Positions 34,614 through 43,487 of a stretch of 64,000 bases of DNA are shown piece by piece (position 1 is the stretch's first letter; every line of letters starts with the position of its first letter). The notes below the pieces were generated by a model. It saw only the letters and a list, made by a program, of their open reading frames with translations. It did not search any database and had not been told where the DNA came from. The stretch comes from Faecalibacterium sp. CAG:74 (GTDB taxonomy: Bacteria; Spirochaetota; Spirochaetia; Sphaerochaetales; Sphaerochaetaceae), in the NCBI GenBank assembly GCA_963638045.1, contig CAVHPV010000002.1, forward strand, positions 8-64,007. The letters are read 5' to 3'. The position numbers and the translations under genes are program-made.

Positions 34614-35420
34614 ATGTTCGGTTATATTGTTCTTTCAAATAAAGCGGAAAAAGAAGACAAGAGAGTATACAGGGAATGCTATTGCGGTCTCTGTCATACT
34701 CTTAAGGAGAAATATGGAAGAGTTGGAATGCTCTCACTCTCCTATGACATGACATTCCTTTCCCTGCTTCTATCGGATCTTTCATCGGAGGAAAAGAAGG
34801 AGGGTGTTGAACGATGTCCCGTCCATCCTTTGAAAAAACACAAATACTTCGTAACTCCCGTCATGGACTACACATCCGACATGCAAATACTTCTTTCTTA
34901 CTACTCTCTCCTTGATTCCATCCGGGATGAAAACAAAGGGGAGAATAGAGAAAAAAGCTACTTGAAATTCATCCCGTCCCTTGAGCAAAAGTATCCCAGG
35001 CAGACAAAGGCCATAAAGGATAATCTGGGAATAATATCATCATACGAAGCGAAAGGCATAAAGGACACAGAGAAAACCGCACTGGCCTTCGGCAATCTCC
35101 TGGGTGAGATTTTTGTGTATGACGAGAAGAGTTTCTTCAAAGAGGATCTCTTCCTTCTGGGATGCAACCTCGGAAAGTTCATATATATCCTGGACGGCTG
35201 GGACGACAGGGACAGAGACAGGAAAAAGGGGCTCTATAACCCGCTTGATGACACTGTGACATACAACATAGTTAAAGATATGCTCCTTGATGCGGCATCT
35301 TCTGCCTCCGCGTGCTATAACAGGCTTCCCCTTGATGAATATACCTCTATAATGGATAACATCATCTACAGTGGCATGTGGACAAAATTCAACAGAAAAA
35401 AGGATGGCCAAAATAAATGA
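34614..35420 (+). CDS. DUF5685-like protein
   Basis: The start MFGYIVLSNKAEKEDKRVYRECYCGLCHTLKEKYG matches my recollection of the DUF5685 N-terminus (MFGYV...Y...YCGLC). 4-nt overlap with the downstream J-domain gene. Confidence 0.5.
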   Translation: MFGYIVLSNKAEKEDKRVYRECYCGLCHTLKEKYGRVGMLSLSYDMTFLSLLLSDLSSEEKKEGVERCPVHPLKKHKYFVTPVMDYTSDMQILLSYYSLLDSIRDENKGENREKSYLKFIPSLEQKYPRQTKAIKDNLGIISSYEAKGIKDTEKTALAFGNLLGEIFVYDEKSFFKEDLFLLGCNLGKFIYILDGWDDRDRDRKKGLYNPLDDTVTYNIVKDMLLDAASSASACYNRLPLDEYTSIMDNIIYSGMWTKFNRKKDGQNK

Positions 35421-36019
35421 ATGACCCTTACTCAGTACTCGGGCTGTCCAGCTCAGCAAGTGAAGAAGATGTGAAGAAGGCTTATAAGAGACTGGCTAAG
35501 AAATATCATCCGGATGTGACGGGGAATGATCCGGCAGCGGCAAAAAAGATGCAGGAAATCAACGCCGCCTATGATGCCATCATCAACCATAAAGATACCG
35601 GTTCATACCAGAGTGGCTACTCAGGATTTTACAGCGGATACTCCCAGGAAAGCACAGAGGGAGAGAGCAATGAGATGAGGGCTGCCGCCTCATATATCAA
35701 CGCACGCCGTTTCAAGGAGGCTCTCCATGTCCTCTCCACTGTAAAACCGGAAAACCGCAACAGCAAATGGTATTACTACTCCAGTATCGCAAAGTGCTAC
35801 TCCGGTGACACCACAGGAGCCTATTCAGATATAGCTGAAGCCATAAAGATGGAACCGGGGAACATGCAATACAAGGCATTCCTCGATAAGCTCAGGTACG
35901 GTAAGACATTCTATACAGAGCGAAGAGCATCCTATCCTCAATCGGACGGCTTTCTCTCATGCTGTCTTCCTCTTATTCTCCTCAACCTCTTCTGCCCCGG
36001 TTATTTTTGCATTTGCTGA
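35417..36019 (+). CDS. J-domain (DnaJ-like) protein with TPR-like region and hydrophobic Cys-rich tail
   Basis: DPYSVLGLSSSASEEDVKKAYKRLAKKYHPD. Confidence 0.8.
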   Translation: MNDPYSVLGLSSSASEEDVKKAYKRLAKKYHPDVTGNDPAAAKKMQEINAAYDAIINHKDTGSYQSGYSGFYSGYSQESTEGESNEMRAAASYINARRFKEALHVLSTVKPENRNSKWYYYSSIAKCYSGDTTGAYSDIAEAIKMEPGNMQYKAFLDKLRYGKTFYTERRASYPQSDGFLSCCLPLILLNLFCPGYFCIC

Positions 36020-36612
36020 AGCGTCACACGGAGAGCTTCCCGCTGCGGCTTGAGAATACGGGATATGTATTGCACGGAATCCTCCAGTTTTACTGGAATC
36101 TTTTCAAGGAGTATGTCTTCGTATACAGTCATAATCCCGCTTATTGCATAATCAAGGAGAACCATAATCATGGTTTTCATCTCATCATTCAGGTCAGCAG
36201 GTATATCAAAAAGAACCTTTCTGATTGCTGCATGCCTTGCATCATCCAGTACTTCATGAAATCTGTCTGCCTGTAAGAGCTTCGCGTAATATTCAGGATT
36301 CTCTTTCAAAAACGCTGTAATCGGATTAAGAAATTCTTCCGGAACAAGGAGAACCTGGGACGTGTCGGAATCTGCAAATATGGAGGCAAGCTCATCAACA
36401 ACGCCTGTCGAAATCCCTTTCAGGACCTCATCCGTATTGGAATAATGAGCATAGAAGGTTCCCCTGTTGATATCTGCCCTGCGGACAATATCGGTGATGC
36501 TGATCTTCTCAAACGGCTTTTCTATCATAAGTGACAGGAGTGCATCCTTAATCATTGACTTGCTTCTGATGGAACTGCGGTACTCCGCCTTCTTTCTCTT
36601 TGCCTCTTCCAT
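36001..36612 (-). CDS. TetR/AcrR-family transcriptional regulator
   Basis: HTH ISITDIVRRADINRGTFYAHY. 203 aa. Confidence 0.8.
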   Translation of the reverse strand: MEEAKRKKAEYRSSIRSKSMIKDALLSLMIEKPFEKISITDIVRRADINRGTFYAHYSNTDEVLKGISTGVVDELASIFADSDTSQVLLVPEEFLNPITAFLKENPEYYAKLLQADRFHEVLDDARHAAIRKVLFDIPADLNDEMKTMIMVLLDYAISGIMTVYEDILLEKIPVKLEDSVQYISRILKPQREALRVTLQQMQK

Positions 36613-36696
36613 ATTGCCTCCAATTATTCAAAATTGTACAAACGTATAATATTAAGATAATGTTGAAATCTGTATTTGGCAAGAGTCCGGCTCTGA

Positions 36697-37506
36697 TTAT
36701 CTATTTCTCTTTACAGCATACCTGACAGCATTCATTATGCCGTCATCATCGATTTGAGTGGTAACCCAGTCAGCAATCCTCTTGATTTCCTCTGTCGCAT
36801 TCCCCATGGCGATTCCAAGGTGTGCCGACTCAATCATCTCCCTGTCGTTTGCTCCATCCCCGACAGCCACAACGGAACGGGGATCTGCCCCCAACGCCCT
36901 GATAAGCCTCTCAATGCCATATGCCTTGCTCAGTCCCTTTATACCCACTTCAACCATATCGGACTGGGGAAGACCAACGGAGTTACCGACTATTTCGAAC
37001 CTGTTTGAGAGTTCCATTACATTCCCTATTTTATGCTCCCTCGATATGAAGAGGAATTTACATACAGGAGGAAGCAGGGTCGGCAGAGAGGGATACGTAA
37101 TCAAATTCGGGACACTGAAGCTTCTTCCCGTTATACTCTCCACTCCCGAAATAAAATAGTCTCTACACTCCTCTGTCATTATTGTGCCTTCATCAGACTG
37201 GACCATCGTAAGAAAACCGTTTCTATCTGCATATTCCCTCAGAAACGAAACATCATCCTGTGTCATCCTCACACTGTAGAGAGTCTCTCCGCGGAAGATG
37301 ACAGTTGCTCCGTTGGAGTAAACACCGCCATCGAACTCAATTTTATCAAGTCTCGAGTCAATCTCACTGAGCGACCTCCCGGAGGCTATGAAGATATTAT
37401 GTCCGTCCTGTCGTGCCTCCCTTACAGCCTCTACGGCACTCCGGGGCACCTCCTCCCCGAACGGCAACAGCGTTCCGTCAATGTCAAAAAAGAAATTCAG
37501 TTTCAT
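36697..37506 (-). CDS. Cof-type HAD-IIB phosphatase
   Basis: FFFDIDGTLL (motif I), GDGANDREM (motif IV). Start at MKLNFFFDIDG. Confidence 0.8.
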   Translation of the reverse strand: MKLNFFFDIDGTLLPFGEEVPRSAVEAVREARQDGHNIFIASGRSLSEIDSRLDKIEFDGGVYSNGATVIFRGETLYSVRMTQDDVSFLREYADRNGFLTMVQSDEGTIMTEECRDYFISGVESITGRSFSVPNLITYPSLPTLLPPVCKFLFISREHKIGNVMELSNRFEIVGNSVGLPQSDMVEVGIKGLSKAYGIERLIRALGADPRSVVAVGDGANDREMIESAHLGIAMGNATEEIKRIADWVTTQIDDDGIMNAVRYAVKRNR

Positions 37507-37582
37507 ACCCGGAATGATAGATAATATAAAGCCCTTTGAAAACAACCAGTTAGTCTTGTTTAACAATATAGTGTTTTTCCTA

Positions 37583-37637
37583 TTGACGAAAGAAAGAGAG
37601 TCTTATATATTCCAGTTAGTTAGCAAAAACTAACTAA
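37583..37637 (+). promoter_or_regulatory. Candidate feo promoter plus 8-6-8 inverted repeat operator
   Basis: TTGACG (37583-37588), a 17-nt spacer, TATATT (37606-37611). Then TTAGTTAG-caaaaa-CTAACTAA (37616-37637), 12 nt before the feoA ATG. Confidence 0.45.
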
Positions 37638-37649
37638 AGGAATCAGTTA

Positions 37650-37862
37650 ATGTTACCGCTTTTTCTAGCTAAACCCGAAGAGGAAAACACCATAAAGAAG
37701 GTATCTGGAAGCCAGGAAGTCAAAAGGCACCTCGAAGATATGGGTTTCTCTGTCGGATCAAACATAACAGTCATATCCACTAACAGTGGCAACGTCATCG
37801 TCAAGGTCAAAGAGTCAAGAGTGGCTATCAGCGAGGAGATGGCCATGAAGATATATGTGTAA
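37650..37862 (+). CDS. feoA: FeoA-family protein
   Basis: 70 aa SH3-like FeoA (KKVSGSQEVKRHLEDMGFSVGSNITV). Confidence 0.8.
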   Translation: MLPLFLAKPEEENTIKKVSGSQEVKRHLEDMGFSVGSNITVISTNSGNVIVKVKESRVAISEEMAMKIYV

Positions 37863-37877
37863 AAAGGAAATAGAAAT

Positions 37878-38099
37878 ATGAAAACACTCAAAGAAGTCAA
37901 TGTTGGAGAAAAGGCAACTATCAAGAGACTTGGTGGTGAGGGTGCCGTCAAGAGAAGGATTATGGACATGGGGCTTACAAAGGGCACAGAAGTCTATGTA
38001 CGTAAGGTTGCTCCACTCGGGGACCCGATCGAACTGACAGTAAGAGGCTATGAGCTCTCACTGAGAAAAGCAGATGCAGATCTGATTGAAGTAGAATAA
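37878..38099 (+). CDS. feoA: FeoA-family protein (second copy)
   Basis: 73 aa. IKRLGGEGAVKRRIMDMGLTKGTEVYV. Confidence 0.85.
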   Translation: MKTLKEVNVGEKATIKRLGGEGAVKRRIMDMGLTKGTEVYVRKVAPLGDPIELTVRGYELSLRKADADLIEVE

Positions 38100-38111
38100 G
38101 GAGTCGGATAT

Positions 38112-40538
38112 ATGAGTATCAAGATTGCACTTGCCGGCAACCCGAATGCGGGCAAGACCACACTTTTCAATGCACTTACAGGTTCCAACCAGTTCGTCGG
38201 CAACTGGCCTGGAGTAACAGTCGAGAAGAAGGAAGGTAAACTCAAGAAGAACACAGATGTCATCGTGACGGACCTTCCCGGTATTTATTCACTTTCACCA
38301 TATACACTGGAAGAAGTTGTTGCAAGGGACTATTTGAAGAACGAGAATCCTTCAGTCATCCTCAATATTGTCGATGCAACAAACCTCGAACGTAACCTCT
38401 ATCTTACAACACAGCTCATCGAGCTCGGCATCCCGATGGTTGTCGCACTCAACATGATTGATGTTGTCAGGAAGAACGGGGACAAGATTAACACAAAGGA
38501 GCTTGAGAGACAGCTCGGTGTTCCTGTTGTCGAGATTTCCGCCCTCAAGGGGGACGGCGTCGAGGAAGTCACAGAGAAATGCCTCAAAGCTGCAAACGGT
38601 GCCCATCCGGTTCCCCCACACATCTATTCAGGTGCAACCGAGCACACCCTTGCACATATCGAGGAGGCGGCCCTGCATAGTCTTCCAGAGTCGGAGCAGA
38701 GATGGTATGCCATCAAGATCTTCGAGAGGGATAAAAAAGCTTATGAAAAGCTCAATATAAACCCGGCAACTCTCAACCATATTGAAAATGACATCAAAGA
38801 AGCAGAGAAGGAAATGGATGATGATGCAGAGTCAATCATCACAAACGAAAGATACATCTTCATCGCAGGGGTCATCAAAGCTTGCTACACAAAGAAGAAG
38901 ACAGGCCTCTCCACTTCTGATAAGATTGATAAGGTTGTAACAAACCGTTTCCTTGCACTTCCTATTTTTGCAATCATCATGTGGCTTGTTTACTATATCT
39001 CTGTAACTACAGTTGGAAGCTGGGCTACTGACTGGGCCAATGATGGTGTATTCGGAGATGGATGGCATCTCTTCGGTATCGGATCTGAAGCATACAGCGA
39101 AGCTTCAGATACCTACACCGGTGCAGATGAGGTACTTTCCGCATTTGCAGAGGAGAAGGGTATTGAGTTTGATGAGTATTCACCTGAAGTTGTCGCTTCC
39201 ATCGTAAGTGCCGCAAAGCCTTCAGACACTGTCAAATACACAATTGAAGACGAAGAAACACTTGCAGAAGAAGAAGAAACAGCAACATACGAAGACCTTA
39301 CAGAGAGTGCAAAGGCTATGGCAAGCGTTGACTATGCAGAGCCTGATCCTGCTGACTATGGTGTATGGGTACCCGGTGTTCCTGTTCTCCTTGAAAACCT
39401 TCTCGACAGGATCGGCTGTGCTGACTGGCTTAAGGGTCTGATCCTTGACGGCATTGTGGCTGGTGTCGGTGCCGTTCTGGGGTTTGTACCGCAGATTTTC
39501 GTCCTCTTCATCTTCCTTGCATTCCTGGAAGGTTGTGGCTATATGGCTAGAATTGCATTCGTCATGGACAGAATCTTCCGTAAGTTCGGTCTCTCCGGTA
39601 AGTCATTCATCCCAATTCTTATCGGAACAGGATGCGGTATACCGGGCATCATGGCTTCGCGTACCATCGAGAACGAGAAGGACAGAAGGATGACGATCAT
39701 GACAACTACCTTCATCCCATGCGGGGCAAAGCTTCCTTTCATCGCTATGATAGCCGGAGCTGTCTTCGGTGGGGCCAGCTGGGTTGCACCGAGTGCATAC
39801 TTCCTTGGTATGTTTGCCATAATCTCAAGCGGTATTATCCTTAAAAAGACAAGACTCTTTGAGGGTGACCCGGCTCCGTTTGTTATGGAGCTCCCTGCTT
39901 ACCATCTTCCAACAGTTGGCTCGATTCTCCGTTCAATGTGGGAGAGAGGCTGGTCATTCATCAAAAAGGCCGGGACTATTATCACACTTTCAACTATCTT
40001 CATCTGGTTCACAACATACTTCGGCTTCACTGCTGAAGGGTTCAGGATGCTAGCTGAGGATGAGATTGAGTATTCTATCCTGGCCAAGATCGGAAGTGTC
40101 TTTGCATGGCTCTTCGCTCCTCTCGGATGGGGTAATTGGCAGGCTGCTGTAGCTTCGATCACAGGCCTTGTCGCTAAAGAGAACATCGTCGGAACACTTG
40201 GCATCCTCTACGGGGCATCCGGAAATGCATATGCCGGGATCAGCGCGGCATTTACATCCGTCACAGGTTTCTCATTCCTGGCATTCAACCTCCTCTGTGC
40301 TCCATGTTTTGCAGCAATGGGTGCAATAAAGAGGGAAATGAACTCTCCGAAGTGGACCTGGGCAGCAATCGGCTGGGAATGTGGTTTTGCTTATCTTGTG
40401 GCATTTGTTGTGACACAGGTCGGCAATATGTTTACAGGAAAGGGAAACGTGTTTATGTTCATCCTTGCACTCCTCGTGATCGCACTTTATATTTATGAGC
40501 TCTTCTTCAAGAAGACCTCAAAGAAAGTTGAAGCATGA
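38112..40538 (+). CDS. feoB: Ferrous iron transporter FeoB
   Basis: 808 aa. G-domain GNPNAGKTTLFNALTG, DLPG. Polytopic C-terminal permease. Confidence 0.95.
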   Translation: MSIKIALAGNPNAGKTTLFNALTGSNQFVGNWPGVTVEKKEGKLKKNTDVIVTDLPGIYSLSPYTLEEVVARDYLKNENPSVILNIVDATNLERNLYLTTQLIELGIPMVVALNMIDVVRKNGDKINTKELERQLGVPVVEISALKGDGVEEVTEKCLKAANGAHPVPPHIYSGATEHTLAHIEEAALHSLPESEQRWYAIKIFERDKKAYEKLNINPATLNHIENDIKEAEKEMDDDAESIITNERYIFIAGVIKACYTKKKTGLSTSDKIDKVVTNRFLALPIFAIIMWLVYYISVTTVGSWATDWANDGVFGDGWHLFGIGSEAYSEASDTYTGADEVLSAFAEEKGIEFDEYSPEVVASIVSAAKPSDTVKYTIEDEETLAEEEETATYEDLTESAKAMASVDYAEPDPADYGVWVPGVPVLLENLLDRIGCADWLKGLILDGIVAGVGAVLGFVPQIFVLFIFLAFLEGCGYMARIAFVMDRIFRKFGLSGKSFIPILIGTGCGIPGIMASRTIENEKDRRMTIMTTTFIPCGAKLPFIAMIAGAVFGGASWVAPSAYFLGMFAIISSGIILKKTRLFEGDPAPFVMELPAYHLPTVGSILRSMWERGWSFIKKAGTIITLSTIFIWFTTYFGFTAEGFRMLAEDEIEYSILAKIGSVFAWLFAPLGWGNWQAAVASITGLVAKENIVGTLGILYGASGNAYAGISAAFTSVTGFSFLAFNLLCAPCFAAMGAIKREMNSPKWTWAAIGWECGFAYLVAFVVTQVGNMFTGKGNVFMFILALLVIALYIYELFFKKTSKKVEA

Positions 40539-40675
40539 ATTTAGGAACTTTCATTGTATTGGCTGTTCTGGTGGCTGTTGTTACCCTGATAGTCCGTTCG
40601 ATGAGAAAGGACAGAAAAGAAGGGGGATGCAGTGGTAATTGCTCTTCCTGTGGCTGTTCTTGCCATAAGAAGTAA
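40535..40675 (+). CDS. FeoB-associated Cys-rich small membrane protein (not in the ORF track)
   Basis: Hand-translated 46 aa: MNLGTFIVLAVLVAVVTLIVRSMRKDRKEGGCSGNCSSCGCSCHKK. ATGA overlap with the feoB stop. Confidence 0.7.
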   Translation: MNLGTFIVLAVLVAVVTLIVRSMRKDRKEGGCSGNCSSCGCSCHKK

Positions 40676-40693
40676 TCTGAGAAAAATAAGTCT

Positions 40694-40727
40694 GGGAGCT
40701 GTTGGACAGAACTGCTCCCTTTTTTTC
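40694..40727 (+). terminator. Rho-independent terminator of the feo operon
   Basis: GGGAGC-tgttggacagaact-GCTCCC followed by TTTTTTT. Confidence 0.75.
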
Positions 40728-40770
40728 TGAAAGTTATTGCTCCTTTCCCCGTCTTTAATGTAGTATTTGA

Positions 40771-40860
40771 CTATCCATAGAGAGTACGTGAGGGACAAGC
40801 CCGGTGACCGTACAGCAACCTGTAGAAAAATAAGGTGCTAAAGCTTGAACGATGGGTTGT
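40771..40860 (+). promoter_or_regulatory. SAM-I-clan (S-box) riboswitch aptamer upstream of metK
   Basis: ATCCAT-AGAGAG-TACGTGAGGGACAAGCCCGGTGACCGTACAGCAACC-TGTAG...AAGGTGCTAA...GATGGGT. The P1, P2 (GTACG/CGTAC) and P3 (ACCT/AGGT) pairings and the conserved GAGGGA, GCCC, GCAACC and GGTGCTAA blocks are present. Confidence 0.75.
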
Positions 40861-40918
40861 TTTTTATTGCCCGTCCGATGGGTGGCAGCTTCTTCTCTAT
40901 GGTAAAGGAGAAGCAGAA

Positions 40919-42052
40919 ATGAAAAGTTATTTCACATCAGAATCAGTAACCCCCGGTCATCCCGACAAGGTTGCAGACCAGATTTCAGATAGTATCCTTG
41001 ATGCTATATTGAAAGAAGACCCGTACTCACGCTGTGCAGCAGAGACGACTGTCGAGGAAGGACTATGCAGAGTATTCGGGGAAGTCACAACAAATGCTCA
41101 AGTTGACTATGAAAGTGTCATACAAGCAAAGATAAGGGAAATAGGATACACGGACACTTCTCTCGGTTTTTCTGACAAAAGTCGCATTGAAGTTGCCCTT
41201 CACAGGCAGTCAGCAGACATTGCCCTCGGAGTTGACCGGGATGGGGCCGGCGACCAGGGAATGATGTTCGGCTATGCCACATCTGAGACGGACTCTTTTA
41301 TGCCGCTTGCACTTAACGAGTCCAGAAAACTGGCGATAGCACTCACAGAATACCGTAAGAGCGGAAAAGGAAGCTATCTCCGTCCTGACGGAAAGAGCCA
41401 AGTGACAATATGCTATGAAGACGGGAAGGCAAAGTACATAGATACCGTTGTCCTCTCAAGCCAGCACAGTGAAGATATCACAACAGAAGAGCTCAGAAAA
41501 GATTTGAAGGAAAATGTCATCCTTCCATCTCTTTCGGAAAAACTGGTAAATGAAAATACAAAGTTTTATATCAACCCGACGGGACGGTTCGTCCTGGGAG
41601 GCCCCGCAGCAGATACCGGTCTTACAGGAAGAAAAATCATAGCAGATACATATGGAGGCTACGCTCACCATGGCGGTGGTGCATTCAGCGGCAAGGACGG
41701 CACCAAGGTTGACCGCTCCGCTTCCTACAAGGCACGGCAGATAGCCAAGACTCTCGTCTCTTCAGGAATATTCAATGAAGCGGAAATACAGCTCTCATAT
41801 GCTATCGGGATTGCAAACCCGGTTTCAATCCATGTAGTAACAAACAGGGATGATATAGACGAAGAGAGACTTGTTGCATTTATAAGAGACAACTTTGCCC
41901 TGACACCGAAAGGGATTATAGAGAGCCTCTCCCTCCGCTCCCCGATTTTCAGTGAGACCGCCCGTTTCGGCCATTTCGGCTTCCCATCCTTCCCCTGGGA
42001 GCAGGTTGATCCAGAGACAGTGGAGAAATTAAGAATAAAATTCGGAAAATAA
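40919..42052 (+). CDS. metK: S-adenosylmethionine synthetase
   Basis: GHPDKVADQISD, GAGDQGMMFGYA, GGGAFSGKD. Start at MKSYFTSE, preceded by AAAGGAGAAG (the track ORF begins 84 nt too early). Confidence 0.95.
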   Translation: MKSYFTSESVTPGHPDKVADQISDSILDAILKEDPYSRCAAETTVEEGLCRVFGEVTTNAQVDYESVIQAKIREIGYTDTSLGFSDKSRIEVALHRQSADIALGVDRDGAGDQGMMFGYATSETDSFMPLALNESRKLAIALTEYRKSGKGSYLRPDGKSQVTICYEDGKAKYIDTVVLSSQHSEDITTEELRKDLKENVILPSLSEKLVNENTKFYINPTGRFVLGGPAADTGLTGRKIIADTYGGYAHHGGGAFSGKDGTKVDRSASYKARQIAKTLVSSGIFNEAEIQLSYAIGIANPVSIHVVTNRDDIDEERLVAFIRDNFALTPKGIIESLSLRSPIFSETARFGHFGFPSFPWEQVDPETVEKLRIKFGK

Positions 42053-42127
42053 GAAAAAAATCTCAAACTAGGTCATTATCTGACCTAGTACACTCTCTAT
42101 ACTGGTTCTGTCATAAGGAGACAAAAG

Positions 42128-42448
42128 ATGACTTATTCAGAGACAAGAGAGATGTACACATCCTTCTATGCGGAGAGCAGAAGGGAAAGAGAGAAAAGAA
42201 CCGGATTGCTGTTAAACGCTTTTAAACTCCTTTATTCATGTTTTCTGCCATGGCTTATAACTTCACTATGCATTGTGAGAGTACATAACCTCCACAATGC
42301 AAAGGGCTTTCTTCTTTCTTTCGTTATACTCGGCCTTTCCCTTCCCTTCTACTCAAGTGCATCCAATAGTGACAGGACATACTTCCTCTCCTGTACCATC
42401 CTTTCATACCTTATTGCACTTTCATCAGTCCTCACTGTTCTTATGTAG
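42128..42448 (+). CDS. Small hydrophobic membrane protein (106 aa), copy 1
   Basis: SD AAGGAG 7 nt upstream, about 3 TM segments, followed by a terminator hairpin. Duplicated identically at 44070-44390. Confidence 0.5.
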   Translation: MTYSETREMYTSFYAESRREREKRTGLLLNAFKLLYSCFLPWLITSLCIVRVHNLHNAKGFLLSFVILGLSLPFYSSASNSDRTYFLSCTILSYLIALSSVLTVLM

Positions 42449-42469
42449 GACTCACCCAACACCCCTTAT

Positions 42470-42491
42470 GCCGGGCTCATAACCCGGCTTT
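42470..42491 (+). terminator. Hairpin terminator at the end of repeat copy 1
   Basis: GCCGGG-ctcataa-CCCGGC followed by TTT. It overlaps the last codons and the stop of the minus-strand antitoxin gene. Confidence 0.5.
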
Positions 42492-43487
42492 ATTATGCAC
42501 CGTTGAGTAAAGATCACTCGAGTAGAGAAAAATATCATCCGGGGTTTTCATCCCGTATTTTTCCTTTATAGCTAGAAAGAAATCACCTATTGCTTTTCTG
42601 TCTATCACCTTATCTGAATGAGAATCTTCTTCTGTCTCGCCTCTAGTCTCAATCCAGGGAGTCTCACTGTGGGTGAAGGCTTCAAGTATCTTTCCGCTGT
42701 AGCAGCATATATTATTGATGACACTGTCTATCACAGCCTTCTCTTCTCTGGAGAATACGGGAAGAGGAGATTTGGAGTTATCAGAAATTGGATTGAAATG
42801 ATAATCTGCATACTTCTTATAGACATTGCGGTAGACAGGGCCGTGTGCCCAAGCTTCACAGTCCTCTTCGAAAATGAACTTTGAATAGAATGCATAGAAA
42901 AATCCCTGGATGTAATAAAGCGCTTTCTGAAGTGCCAGTGGAGTTATATCCTCACATCTGTCGATAAGATAGACAATCACAGAAGAGATCGCCTCGCTGC
43001 ATTCTACCTCATTACTCCCAAGCAAAACCTCTGCCGCCATCCGGCTCTTAGCATAGCTTTTCTTTGAGATTTTTTCTCTCCCGGCCTCCAGCAGATTAAG
43101 ATAATATCCCGGGTCCTCATAGAGATTTTCCAGGGTCTGAGAGTATTGCCTTGTCGGGATATCACCATCAAGATAACGCTCAAGCGTATGTTCACCCCAC
43201 CCAAGAAGCACGGAGAGAGGCCTCTTACCGATCTTATATCTTTCAGGGAGAGTACGGACTTTCTCCAGCGATATTATTCCATTTTCGCTTCTATATTTAT
43301 CATAGAGTGCCGTCAGGTTACACTCCCCGATCTCCCAGACATCGAGATTTCCCCCGCATTCTGCGCACCTTACCTCTTTTCCTTTATATTTGTAGACAGT
43401 GCCGCGTATTGTCCCTGTCATCTCCTTCTCTTCAATTATATAATCGACATCCTTCCTGCAATTGACACAGAAAACCTTGTCAGTCAT
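42477..43487 (-). CDS. Fusion antitoxin: MqsA-like zinc ribbon + HTH fused to a Panacea (DUF4065/SocA-like) domain
   Basis: CVNCRK...CAECGG zinc ribbon, an HTH-like region (ISLEKVRTLPERYKIGKRPLSVLLGWGEHTLERYLDG), then ITPLALQKALYYIQGFFYAFYSKFIFEEDCEAWAHGPVYRNVYKKY, typical of DUF4065. Start at MTDKVF, overlapping the toxin stop by 8 nt. Confidence 0.65.
   Translation of the reverse strand: MTDKVFCVNCRKDVDYIIEEKEMTGTIRGTVYKYKGKEVRCAECGGNLDVWEIGECNLTALYDKYRSENGIISLEKVRTLPERYKIGKRPLSVLLGWGEHTLERYLDGDIPTRQYSQTLENLYEDPGYYLNLLEAGREKISKKSYAKSRMAAEVLLGSNEVECSEAISSVIVYLIDRCEDITPLALQKALYYIQGFFYAFYSKFIFEEDCEAWAHGPVYRNVYKKYADYHFNPISDNSKSPLPVFSREEKAVIDSVINNICCYSGKILEAFTHSETPWIETRGETEEDSHSDKVIDRKAIGDFFLAIKEKYGMKTPDDIFLYSSDLYSTVHNKAGL

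Larger units (their letters stand above)
42067..42491. repeat. 425-bp direct repeat, left copy (partner 44009-44433)
   Basis: Identical at offset 1942 except for one mismatch seen (A at 42090 versus G at 44032). Both embedded ORF translations are identical. Confidence 0.95.

Noticed and set aside
42067-42491. The 425-bp repeat as a MITE-like transposable element
   Set aside because: There are no terminal inverted repeats between its two ends and no target-site duplication. It contains a complete SD-ORF-terminator unit, so it looks like an ordinary small gene that was duplicated.
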